A DNA stretch of 64,000 nucleotides from Octopus vulgaris (taxonomy: Eukaryota): assembly GCA_951406725.2 (NCBI GenBank), contig OX597817.1, positions 173,662,001 to 173,726,000 of the forward strand, in the 5' to 3' direction. Of this stretch, positions 26,760 to 38,839 are shown in pieces; the stretch's first letter is position 1; each line of letters starts with the position of its first letter. Under the pieces are notes generated by a model. It was given only the letters and a program-made list of their open reading frames with translations. It did no database searches and was not told where the DNA came from. The position numbers and the translations under genes were made by a program.

Positions 26760-27340
26760 GGAAAAATCTCCATACACTATACATGGTGAGCTATGGGTGC
26801 ACAAGAAGTGCACTGAGATTACAGGTAGGTGTCATTGAATAAAGAATCTGTATGAAGCAGATGTACGAAGGGAGTTAACAATCAGAACATTAGTAAAATT
26901 ACTCCCTTTTGCGGTTTGGCAGGCACCATGGAAATAGTTTATAGCTGGTTACCTAGCAACCTGATCATCCGTGGTGCTCTGAATGCAAAATAACCAGAAT
27001 GAGTAGCAGAAAAGTACAGGTAATTATTACCTCTGCTGGCATCATTAGGGTTTATCTCATTATATGTTTTGTACAAAATGCAATGCTGAATTGTAGTGAA
27101 AAATGGACTGAACACAAAGAAGGATGAGCAAAGGAACTGGCACAGGGATGATAACAGATGAGTACAGAAGTAGCAGGAGATCCAAGAGGAAGAAAACTAA
27201 AAAAAGCGGTTGAACAAGGAACATACGGCCAGGAGTGGACAAAGCTGATATCACAATGTTAAACTTCACAAAGGGGATTAAAAGGGAATGCACCAAACGA
27301 CGGTATGTTGAAAAGAACCCAGCCAAACCATGCAAGATTG
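26760..27340 (+). mobile_element. Decayed RTE LINE fragment
   Basis: ELWVHKKCTEITG and LLPLL remnants, colinear with 12340-12720. Confidence 0.55.
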
Positions 27341-27357
27341 GTAAATCAGATCAAATG

Positions 27358-27388
<31 letters not shown>

Positions 27389-27391
<3 letters not shown>

Positions 27392-27790
27392 TGCAGGCGT
27401 GGTTGTAAGAACCTTGCTCTCCCAAAGACATTGCTCCGGGTTCAGTCCCACTGAGTGGTACCTTGGTCAAATGTCTTCTACTATAACCCTGAGCTGACTA
27501 AAGCCTTGTGAATGGATTTACTAGACGCAAACCGAAAGAAGCCCGTCATGTGCGTGTATATATATATATGTGTGTATGCGTGTGTGTGTGTGTGTGTGTG
27601 TGCATTTATGCATGTGCTTTCCCCCACCATCGCCCGACAACCGATGTTGGTGTGTTTACGTCCCTGTAGCTTAACAGTTCGGCAAAAGACACCGATAGAA
27701 TAATAGGCTTACAATGAATAAGTTCTGAGGTCGAGGTGCTCCAGCATGGCTGCAGTCAAATGACTAAAACAGGTAAAAGAATAAAAGAAT
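27389..27790 (+). mobile_element. Family-B SINE
   Basis: B-box GGTTCAGTCC, ACCTTGGTCAAATGTCTT segment, central (TA/TG)n and GTAAAAGA-type tail. Confidence 0.8.
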
Positions 27791-27900
27791 ATATATGGTC
27801 AATGTATCATATTTCCGAAGAAAGAAGCACTGACCAATACGTTCGCATCATGCGAAACCACAGGTCAACTCCGGACATTAAATTTATCACTTTGATTATA

Positions 27901-28312
27901 TTACTCTTTTTTTTTACTCTTTTTACTTGTTTCAGTCATTTGACTGCGGCCATGCTGGAGCACCGCCTTTAGTCGAGCAAATCGACCCCGGGACTTATTC
28001 TTTTTTGTAAGCCCAGTACTTATTCTAACGGTCTCTTTTGTCGAACCGCTAAGTGACGGGGACGTAAACACACCAGCATCGGTTGTCAAGCAATGCTAGG
28101 GGAACAAACACAGGGGAACACACATTTATATATATATATACATATATACGACAGGCTTCTTTCAGTTTCCGTCTACCAAATCCACTCACAAGGCATTGGT
28201 CGGCCCGGGGCTATAGCAGAAGACACTTGCCCGAGATGCCACGCAGTGGGACTGAACCCGGAACCATGTGGTTGTTTAGCAAGCTACTTACCACACAGCC
28301 ACTCCTGCGCCT
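27901..28312 (-). mobile_element. Full-length young family-B tRNA-derived SINE
   Basis: Minus strand starts GGCGCAGGAGTGGCTGTGTGGTAAG (A-box), has GGTTCAGTCC (B-box), CpGs intact, and a GTAAAAAGAG-type tail. Confidence 0.9.
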
Positions 28313-28784
28313 ATATATATATTATATGCGCGCGCCCACTTCTTTGTATATACGTATACACACATACATATGAAAGTATACACAAAATTATGCGTATATT
28401 ATTAATATATGCATACATTTTATAAGCGTGTATATGTGCGTACGTTTATACGCATGTATGCGTGTGTGAAACGAGATGGATGTTAAGTGATAAATAGCAC
28501 AAGAAGGGGTTGACTGACTTCGAATAAATCTGTCTGAAGGTTTGTTCACGTGTAAGTATGCGTGTATATATATATAATACGTGTGCGTGGTTATATATAC
28601 ACAGACACATATGGTGACATGCACGGGTATGCACGCAGCCATAAACGAGAGAGAGAGAGAAAGAGATAGGGGGGGGGCTTAGTGGTGAGACAGACAATGA
28701 AAAACTAAGCAGGAGAAAAAAGTTCATTTTTCTTTTTCTTTAAATATTTTACATAAAATGAATGAAACAAAGGCTGCCCAACGA

Positions 28785-28821
<37 letters not shown>

Positions 28822-30109
28822 TATAGATCTTTTGCAAGAAAATATTTCTGATAACTATCTAACAAATCGCATCGAGTAGTGGAGCTGGGATAGTAAATTT
28901 GTAGAGAAGTATTTTTAGTAGGTTTTACAACCGACGACAGATGAATGGAGAGGGGCTGCTCAAAGAGTATGAATGAAAGAATGAATGGGTGACTGAAAGT
29001 AGTCCAAATTTCCTTGAGCTTTTGATCAGTTTAGATAAAAAGAAGTGAACAAATAATCTCTCTCCACTGATAGATAACAAAAACAGCTATTGACTTTATT
29101 ATATTAATTCGCCACTTAAAATCACACTTGAAATACACAAGTGTGTGTGCGAGTGTGAGCGCGCGCACATATGTAATTGTTTAGTTATTACAAATTCGTG
29201 GCAGGAAAAATTGGAATATTTATGATTCACCCGCCAGCACCAACACCACCATCATCACCACCACCATCTCCTGCCTCTTTGGAGATTCGGCGTTTGCGCG
29301 TTCGATCCGAGGTTAACATGAAAACAGCATCTTTTTCACCACATGAACGAACGCACAAAAGTACTCGAATTAGCATTTCCCCCCCCCCCCTGTTTTGTTC
29401 GAAAATACAAACGTATAATTATTGAGTTAATATCTATTTCTCGTAACATGAATCTTTTTTTTCCAAACAATCCTAATATTTATTCGTATATGTAACTTTC
29501 TTTTAATTCTATTTCTTTTCTTATTAAAAGTATTTACATATTCCTGTGTCTATGTATACACACACACACACATTTACATATTTTCGTTTATGAATTTGTG
29601 TTGCAAGATTCCTGATGTGAAACTGTGTTGTAACAGATACTGTTAGATTTCGGGATGGTGGGCTTTATTATTATATGGGGGGGGGGCCAAATAAATACAC
29701 GTACTATAGTGCGTGTTTATTTGGTTAAAAAAAAATGTCCATCCCGAAAAATATATATATATATATATTTATATGCAGGGATGGGATGGTAAAATCGGTA
29801 TAAAATAAAAATACCTTGCGGTAATTTGTTCCGTTCCGCTTACTTCCCTTTATGCCCGGTCGACTTTGCCTTTTGTCCCTCGCCAGATCGATAAAAGTAA
29901 GAATCAAAAGTAGAGGATCGAGATAATCGGTTCTTGACAGCAATGCCCGAGCATAGATAGCTTTAAGAACTTTGCTACACTGTAACTGAGACCAACAAGA
30001 GAATGAAAGTACATCACATTTTTATTCATTCAAGTTTGCTTTGTCAGCAATAATAATAATAAAAAACTCCATCCAATTTCAAGTTTACCCATCGCTTTAA
30101 ACTATACGC

Positions 30110-30141
<32 letters not shown>

Positions 30142-31276
30142 CAAATTTCTACTGTTGCGACTTTTAATTCAAATATGCGATTATTCAAAAATGCACTCAA
30201 CCGGAAGTTTCTACTTTCATTGTCAACGAAACATCATTTTTCGAGCATCGCGGACAGAAGCAAAACAAAGACATGTGAAATAACATTTGGTATGATAAAA
30301 ACAAAAATCATCACAGACTTGCTGCGTAAATATGGAATCATCAGAAATGAAAAGATCCGAATCGGATCATCTAAGGGGAAAATTCGCGCGTGTGTAAGAC
30401 GATATAAAACATTGTGTTACTGTGGTACATGAGAGGCAGAAGCCACTTGTAAATGATGCTCATTGTCAAATGACAAATCCACAGAAAAAGACATTTGTAA
30501 AACTAAAAGAATGTATAATCAATCAGATTAGTATTAGGTTACAAATAGCTTTAATACGGCTTAAAAACTTAGACGAAAAAGCACTTTCTTTGTTAGATAT
30601 ACCGTTTAAGAAAACAACTAAATTTGACCTGGTAAGCAACCAACCAACATCAAAACAAAGACCATTCAAGTGAAACCTCTTTTTTCAACTGTCAATTTTA
30701 AAGTGGAGTGGGAGAGGAGATTTGTAGCAACGGTACTAGCCTTGAAAAAGCACCTGAAGGCACTAAAAACATCGTATATATATATATATACATACACACA
30801 GATAGCTTAGAGTATATATTAAATATTTTTCATAATCCTTTTCAAAAGTCGAGCTAGAAAGAAAATCTAACACTATAAATGTGTGTGTGTGGTAAGGTAA
30901 ATTCTGAGAACAGCGACAGGTGTGATTATAGTATCACAAAAAGTGGAAAACTTTAAGCAGAGTGTGATAATGAATTGTATTATTTTTACTAAGAGTTTTG
31001 ACAATATTTGCCAAGAAATACATAATTATCACCAGCAATATTTTGATGGAGTTGCAAAATGGGAGAATCCTTCTGCAACAAGTTTAAATTCCACTGGGTT
31101 GAGTATCCATTTTGCCTTTCATTATTTGTGGGTGAAAAAAATAATTACAATAAATGGTTTGATTAAATCACTTAAAATCTATTAGCCATTTGTGGCTTTG
31201 CAACAATGTAAGACCAAAAAAGAACTGCTTGTCAGCAAGATGAGTGGGCCTTAAAAAGCAATGAGTTGCTTTATAA

Positions 31277-31532
31277 CAGTGGTTCTCAATTAGGGTCCGC
31301 AATGACCCTTGGGGGGTCCGTATAAGATTTTGTTGTTAAAATTTATATGCAAATAATTGGTTATACTTCAACAATACACAAAATATTTGACAATGTTTTT
31401 TTTATACAATTCCCAATAATAATTATAATAATATAATAAGACTTTTTTAAACATTTGAATGGCTATGGAGGTCCACCTGAATAAAATAGGAATCAAATGG
31501 GTCCATAGGCAAAGAATGGTCGAAAACCACTG
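31277..31532 (+). mobile_element. hAT (Charlie-like) MITE with 8-bp TSD, same family as 14026-14294
   Basis: TIRs CAGTGGTTCTCAAT / GTCGAAAACCACTG. TSD CTTTATAA at 31269-31276 and 31533-31540. Interiors align. Confidence 0.9.
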
Positions 31533-34103
31533 CTTTATAATATCTAGCTTGGTGCTCTCAATGTTTTCAGTTGAAATCCCAGAATATCAATACCACATCT
31601 GAAAATATTACTTTCCAGTTAACATTGGTATTATGGATAATTAAAAGAGACAAGTGTTTACTCTTTCACCCCTTTTGCAATGTACCTCTGATTTATGGCC
31701 TAGCATCCATAAAATTCTTTGGCAATCTTATTTCAAAGAAATCTAATCAAGGAGCTAAAACATAAAAAAAAAGAAATCTTGATCAAGTTAAAGCTATTTT
31801 TTTCTTTAGCAAGGTTCAACAGAATGTCACATCAAAAATTCTAGGGAGTAACATTTTTGGTCAAGAATTGCAAAGCATTCATGAAACACCATGCTCCTGT
31901 ATCAAACACTATGCTTTCATACTGATGTCTTATTCCAGATTGGTTTACACAACAGATATCCATATAGGTTGTCCCTCAAGGCCATCACTACCAGAGAGGG
32001 TGAATATGGGAGACCATGTGATTCTGAAGGTCACATCAGAGCCTCAGTGCAAGTATTTTCTACAATAGTGATGGGTTGACCCAAGCCCTGTGAGTGTAAC
32101 CGAGTAGATGGAAACTGGGCAAACGACCATCAAATGGAATGTATGTGTTCCTGAATTTTAATGCTTTTCCTAGTTTTTACATTACAACCACCTGTCTCTT
32201 GAGTATCTTAGCAGAGTCCACTCTTACAATCAGATCAGTTCTCTAGCCAGCCACTGAGATTCAATGGGAAGTTAATGGGTGCCACTCATCCTATTTGACT
32301 AACCCATTATATAAAAAAAAAACTCAGGAAGATTCCCATCTTATAGCAAGCCTAAACCAACGAAACATTTATTGAACAATAATGTAGCACAAGTCCTACA
32401 GCTCCTGACAATTGTTGCATAACTTTGGTTTAATGGTGAGAAAGGGAGGAGAGAATTCTCAATCTGAACAGAATACCAGTCTACTGTAGGTCTATGTCTA
32501 AATGAATAGATACTTATTCCTAAAAACTAAGAGTAAAAATGATATGTATATAGTCAAGCGCTCTATCCAGGAACACAAAACCAAACGTAGATATGAAGTG
32601 AACCAGCAAACTCAGCACTGATTACATCCACTCAACATCTTCACAGACATTTGCACAAGGTGAATAAATTACGTCACGGGATGAAAATATCATTGATTTT
32701 TATGGACAATATCAGTTTCCTGGATAAATAGATTATACAATAACTTTTCAATGATTTAACAATGTATTATATTTAGCGTATACTTATATCTACACTACAT
32801 ATTAATTGATCATTGATCTCCGATCGTCAACAAGTGTCTTATTCCGCAATGTGCGTTTGATCACAGACCGGATTCGAACAAGGAACTTTTGCTTCTAAAC
32901 TATGGTAACATTACTTTGTGGTATCTGGATACGCCCCTTAACATTCAGAGTTCAAATTCCAACCAATTCCACCATGTCTTTCATAGTTTTCATACTGTTA
33001 AAATAAGAACTGGGGGGTCTACGAGGCGTTAAATAATCGACTATACTCAAAAAGGCGGTGGTCCAACGTGGTCCACAGTCAAATGACAAATTAGGAAATC
33101 AATGTTCTCATCCACGCCAGCCGAGCCTAATGAAATAAAACATGAATAAAATATTTTTCCGTGATTGTTCTTTAGGTAAAGGAATCGAATATTAGTGGTT
33201 GGATTTGATATTTACTGGTATTTATTCATTCGATCAGGCTAAACTCAAACTGAAAAGCAGGAAGACACCGAACATGACATGTTTATCTCTCCGGTTGCAT
33301 ATTATTATTATTCATAGGAATATATAATGAATGTAAATAATTGTATCGGTTAGTTTCAATTTCTCTCATGCTTTTATTTGTATGTATCGTTTTTACTGCT
33401 GTAGTATTTCGTATTTTATTCTGAGAAATTCGAAAGTTGGTTAAAAGAAACGGACGGTTTTAAAACTTGGTTCGATTGTCGTCTGTACAGAGAGAGAAAT
33501 GAAAATACCGTTGGGTTATGTTCATCTTGTAAATTACACAGAATAAAGAAGAGAATCTGGACAAACTATTACCTTGAATGAATGTATAAACTATAAATAA
33601 CAATATTGAGAAACTGAAACCTGTTCTACACAGAAATATTTTAGTTTAAAACATGTAACGAACGAACGAACGGATGGTTTGAGAGAGAATGTCAGAGACA
33701 AGATATAAATATTTGCTAAAGCATAAAATAACGGCATCTAGAAATAACCTTTAATGAAACCAGAAATAGCAACAGTGTCGGTTGTCGTTATTTTGACAAT
33801 AGCTGAAACAATTACAAAACAGAAATTTTGTTTATGTATAAAATAATCCTTCGACATGAGCGGATAAGGTCGCTGTCAACAGCGGACACAAATTCGGGGA
33901 CTGAAATTGCAATGAGAATCTATACAAAACCGATCCCTCTATTTTGGGACAGCATTAACTTTTTTTGTTGTTGCGCGTCTCAGTTCAACAAAACATGATA
34001 AAAACAGGTAAAAAAAAATAATAATAAATATAAATAAAAATGGATAAACACAGCGAAAAAAAAAAGAAAAGAAAATACAAAAATTTCGGTGGAATAAACT
34101 TAC

Positions 34104-34130
34104 TTTGGACTTGGAAAAAATGAGCCCCAT
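34104..34130 (-). CDS. Probable first coding exon (MGLIFSKSK) of a host gene encoding an N-myristoylated protein
   Basis: Strong Kozak context GCAGCC-ATG-G, nine codons, then a consensus donor GTAAGT (34098-34103) in phase 0. Gly2/Ser6/Lys7 fit the myristoylation pattern. Lies in a CpG-rich unique region. Confidence 0.7.
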
Positions 34131-34620
34131 GGCTGCAGCAGATGAAATAGTCAACAGATGCAGGCCTCGAAAAAAAAAAAAAAAAAAACAAGTCTGCCTT
34201 TTTTTTTTTTTTCTTGGTAGTCCGCCTCGGCCGGTTCAGAGGAAGTCGCTTCTCTTCGCCATAATCATCAATGGCTCCCACAGCTGCCACATTTCAGCTT
34301 CACACCGCTTCCTACTCCTCCTCCGCCTCTTTCTTTTCCCCCCCTTCTGTTCTTTCTCCTTCTCGTCGTCGTCGTCGTCCCCCCCTCTCGTTCGCAACAG
34401 ATTTCTTCTACTTCTCGTCGTCGTCGTCGTCCCCTACCTCTCGTTCGCAACAGATTCCTTCTTCTTCTTTGTGCTACGACGGCATTAAACTGCAGTCGAC
34501 GGCTGCTGGTACCAAATAAGCCGCTTTGGTGTTCGCTCTTTGGTAATAAATAAATACGACACGTCGACGAGAGAGAGAGAGACTCTCTTAACGTAATCTC
34601 TCCGTAAGCTAGAAATAGCA
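34131..34620 (-). promoter_or_regulatory. Putative 5' UTR / core promoter of the minus-strand gene
   Basis: GC- and CpG-rich non-transposon sequence directly upstream of the ATG, with (GAC)n and purine runs. The exact TSS cannot be placed. Confidence 0.5.
34359..34463. repeat. ~52-bp direct repeat x2 in the putative 5' UTR
   Basis: CTTC(TCG)n..CCCC..CTCTCGTTCGCAACAGATT starts at ~34359 and again at 34411. Confidence 0.85.
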
Positions 34621-36227
34621 ACCAAATCTTCCTCAAATAACACACTTTAACATCATAGGGGGAAAAAACAAAACAAATAATAATTAATAATAATAACCAC
34701 CTGGGACTGTGGTTACCTGGAGTGAGAAGGAAGAGAAGATCGCTCTAAACAACTTTTGATTAAATTCTTTCGGTCTGTGGTCTCAAACTGAAAGTGAAAA
34801 TATGAAAACACTGACTCGCCATAATTTATTCCCTCTAAAAACACTTTTCGTATTCCTAGAATTCTTGTTTTTAATATCGGAAATTATGATTTTGCATAAG
34901 AAAATGTGCTTTTCAAATTTTTCGGTTTTGTTACTACCTTCTTCATTATTTAATTCTTTTTTAAAACTTTTTTTCGAAAGGGGGGGGATTCCATCTCTTA
35001 AAATATGGGATTACGATTCTGAAAAAAAATTTTCTTTTTCAAAATTTTCTTTTACTCTTTCAAAATTATATTTTATTTTCTCTATTCCTTTATGAGTTCG
35101 AACCCAAAGGCCGTGGCCACGCTGGGATAACGCAATTTATTTCTTTTTATATATTATATTATTTTATATTCTACATATTTATTTTCCCAAAATTTCAGAG
35201 CCGGTCGCTTACAAATAATATTCTTCCAGTTTGGGATCAACTGAAAGAGTGCCCTATTGATCATAAAACAACTTCAGGTGATCGTGATCAAGTTGCGTAT
35301 AAACGACCACATCGATCTGCTTGTGTGTTTGGTATCGATCAATTCGAGTCACCAATAAGGGAAGCTCCACGTGTTGTCACAACCGGCTAGAAATAGCAGC
35401 CAAATTTCCATTCATTCATACTCTCCCGGTTTTTAACTTTTTGCCGGTGGGGGGATATTTCCCTGGATTCCATGCATCATATATGATGTAACATTTTTAT
35501 TTCAACCAGTGTAACTTGGAACTTGTGAAACGAAAGCTTTATATTACTCAGGACGTATGTATGAAATAAGGGCTGACTAAAAGTTTGAAAACAAGCATGG
35601 AGGTTTAGGACGAACTTATGAAAATGTTCAAGACAAACAAAAACTTTTTAAAAAATACATTCAACAATTTCGAAGTGGAACTTGTCTAGCTGAGTTGATC
35701 TAAGATCATGTGCTGAAACTGCATCAAAGAAGATCGATTTCAGCTCCACCACAACTACCTGGTCACTAAAACACGTCACGGGATAGGCTGCAGAGGTGCG
35801 ACGAAAATTTCGACAACTCGAGAAATAAACGAAACATGGATATATGCTTTTGTGTTTAGTTGTACTTCAAAAAAAAAAAATGACGAGATTCTCACTAGTT
35901 GAATATTTTTCAATCGTAGGTCTGCTGGACACGGGTCAAAATAGGGCCAAACAGTGACAGCCGGTCGTGATTATGCAGGTGTTACTTTAAATAACAAAAA
36001 AGGAGTACCATATTTTCAAATAATCCAGAAACTACTGACTAGTACAGTATGTATGTGTGTGTGTGTGTGCATACATGTATGTGTACACACACTAGACAGC
36101 GGTTTTTTTTTTGGGGGGGGGGGTGATAAATCGAATTGCAATGCATAACTTTTTAAATAAATATACAATTTTAACCTTGTCAAAGGTAAACAAAGTATAT
36201 ATTCTAAGTTTATTTTTCACACGGAAG

Positions 36228-36522
36228 CTAAAATACAAATATATGGGAAATTACCACCTGTGTCATCTCTTGTGAAGGGTAGGAGAGTCCAGTTTGCTGG
36301 ACATTGTTGTAGAGCTGAAAAAGAAGTAATTTCTACTCTTCTCCTCTGGAAGCCATCTACTCGCAACACCAGAGGGCGCACACTCTCCTACCCTGATGTA
36401 ATCTCCAGGGATACAGGCATCCAGCAACAGGACCTCCGTAATGCTATGATGGACCGTGAAGTCTGGCGCAACATGGTAAATTCCATTGTCTCGACCACGG
36501 TCGAACAATGATGAATGATGAT
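36228..36522 (+). mobile_element. 5'-truncated RTE-group LINE 3' end
   Basis: Uninterrupted frame QIYGKLPPVSSLVKGRRVQFAGHCCR...AMMDREVWR to the stop at 36511, followed by a TGATGAATGATGA tail. Confidence 0.8.
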
Positions 36523-36547
36523 ATCTTACATTTCAATATATATATAT

Positions 36548-36716
36548 TCTTTTACTCTTTTACTTGTTTCAGTCCTTTGACTGCGGCCATGTTGGAGCAC
36601 CACATTTAGTCGAACAAATCGCCCTAGGACTTATTCTATCAGTCTCTTGGCCGAACCGCTAAGTTACAGGGATGTAAACACACCAACACTGGTTGTCATG
36701 CGATGTGGGAGGACAA

Positions 36717-36764
<48 letters not shown>

Positions 36765-36900
36765 GGCTTCTTTCAGTTTCTGTCTACCAAATCCACTCAC
36801 AAGGTTTTGGTCGGCCCAAGGCTATAGTAGAAGATACTTGCCCAAGGTGCCACACAGTGGGACTGAGCCTGGAACCATGTGGTTGGGAAGCAAGCTTCTT
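36548..36900 (-). mobile_element. Family-B SINE
   Basis: Match to 27901-28312. Confidence 0.8.
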
Positions 36901-37692
36901 TATTTCTTTTAAATTGCCATAAAGGCATTACATAGAGGGGGACACTACAACACCTGTGGGGACATATGACAATTAAAATAAAAATATGATGCTGTGAATG
37001 ACACATGAAAATGAACATGAAAAACATTAAAATCAAAATATTAAAATAATGATACATGAACGATAACTGAGAAATGAGAATATGAAAAGTGCTTTACCCC
37101 AAACTGAGTAACACCACTCACCACCTCTCAATCCTGAGTCCTCTTTAGTCTCTGATCTAGTCTTTCATTTACTGTTTTCCTCATTGCTGAGTGACAACAC
37201 TCTCTCCTCCATGTATACATAACCTTTTTCACCAGGGGAAGGGCCTTGAAATACCCAAGTACCTCAATTTCATGTACCTATTACTTCAGTCTACTTGAGT
37301 AATAAAGGTAGAATGAGGTATTTTTAGCTCTTGGCTGAAACAGCTGTAAGTTATTTTCCTAATTTATTTTCATGTATGTTATTTTGTAATAATTACTGGT
37401 ATCATTATATATTAATATATCTAATATCTTATATGTAAAGCATATGTTATACATGTATGTATATTCTTGTAATTGTCATTTTAGTAAATAAAGAAATAAG
37501 TTAACATTTTAATGTCCTAAAGTTGATGAAACAATTATTGTGCTTCTCCATTTTCTTATTTGCAATATAAATTAATGGTAAAATATCTCTTGCAATGCAA
37601 TAAAAAATAATTGGGTATTCTACCAGCAGTATATTGGATAGATATTATCCCTTAGTGGGTTGGATTCACAACCTCTAACTTTCTTGGAGTTA

Positions 37693-37736
<44 letters not shown>

Positions 37737-37961
37737 CAACAATTCCAGAGCAAAAATTACTACTCTTGCTTATACAAAAAATAAAGAAGAAAAGGTAGGA
37801 CATGACCACCTCTCATTCTTAACATTGATTTGAATAAGTTATGGTTACTCCTTGTTCTGAGATCTGTGCATTGTCTAAAACAGGAACTGGAGATAAAAGG
37901 ATGACAATAAAGAATCATGATAATACATACATATTAATCAAAATATGCAATTTTACATATC

Positions 37962-38052
37962 CATTACAGCTGGTCTTACCAGTTGGTTTCATACTGGATA
38001 CTAGCCAACAGGGCTGCCCTCTAATATACATGTTCTTCAGAGGTGGCAAGTA
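37962..38052 (-). ncRNA. Degenerate type-I hammerhead ribozyme motif
   Basis: Minus strand: CTGAAGA...GTAT-GAAA-CCAACTGG-TA. Homologous to 38656-38748 in the opposite orientation. Confidence 0.5.
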
Positions 38053-38168
38053 TCGCAAAAATGTCATACTTCCAGATGTTGTCGAGTATACTGCAATAGG
38101 CCGTCGATGACTGGTGCCTTCTGGTTGCTATCCATGGCAGTGCGCTTTATATAGTCATCAAAGACCCA

Positions 38169-38425
38169 CCATCATCATCATCATTTAGCGTCCGCTTTCC
38201 ATGCTAGCATGGGTTGGACGGTTCAACTGGGGTCTGGGAAGCCCGAAGGCTGCACCAGGCCCAGTCAGATCTGGCAGTGTTTCTACGGCTGGATGCCCTT
38301 CCTAATGCCAACCACTCTGTGAGTGTAGTGGGTGCTTTTTACGTGCCAGATGGGGCTGGCAAACGGCCACGGAAGGATGGTGCTTTTTACGTGCCACCGG
38401 CACGGGGGCCAGGCGAGGCTGGCAA
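38169..38425 (-). mobile_element. Family-A retroposon
   Basis: (CAT)n end, conserved body and two internal units. Confidence 0.85.
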
Positions 38426-38448
38426 TTATATTATTTATACACACACAC

Positions 38449-38482
<34 letters not shown>

Positions 38483-38655
38483 GTGTGTGTGTATATAAAA
38501 TATATATCTCTTACTTGTTCTAGTCATTAGAGTGTGGCCATGTAAATGACTAGAACAAGTAAAAGATATATATTACATCTCTTTACCATCATGGAATTAT
38601 ATGACCTAAATATTCAACAAAAAAATATCCCAAAGTCATCTTATGATATTTTTTC

Positions 38656-38748
38656 CATTCTTGCCATCCCTGAAGAGTACATGTATTAGGTAGCCACCCG
38701 GTTACCTTATATCCAGTACAAAACTGATTGGTAAGACTGGCTACAATG
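38656..38748 (+). ncRNA. Degenerate type-I hammerhead ribozyme motif
   Basis: CATTCTTGCCATCC-CTGAAGA-GTAC...GTAC-AAAA(for GAAA)-CTGATTGG-TA-AGACTGGCTACAATG. The flanks are imperfectly complementary (stem I). Confidence 0.5.
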
Positions 38749-38839
38749 AATCAATAATACTGTATAGTTTGATTAATATACCTACTCTATTGACAAATAT
38801 AGGAATGCATTCTTAGACAACTGTATGTATGTATGTATG

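Noticed and set aside
27060-27335. 91-aa hydrophobic minus-strand ORF resembling a membrane protein exon
   Set aside because: It is antisense to a decayed RTE fragment on the plus strand, and no clear splice signals frame it.
30112-30673. Two adjacent Lys/Ile-rich plus-strand ORFs
   Set aside because: No recognisable domain, non-ATG starts (one inside a microsatellite), and consistent with AT-rich non-coding DNA.
33573-33590. Possible 18-nt minus-strand micro-exon (FIHSFK) just downstream of the first exon
   Set aside because: Weak donor (GTAATA) and AT-rich context make a chance match likely. No independent support.
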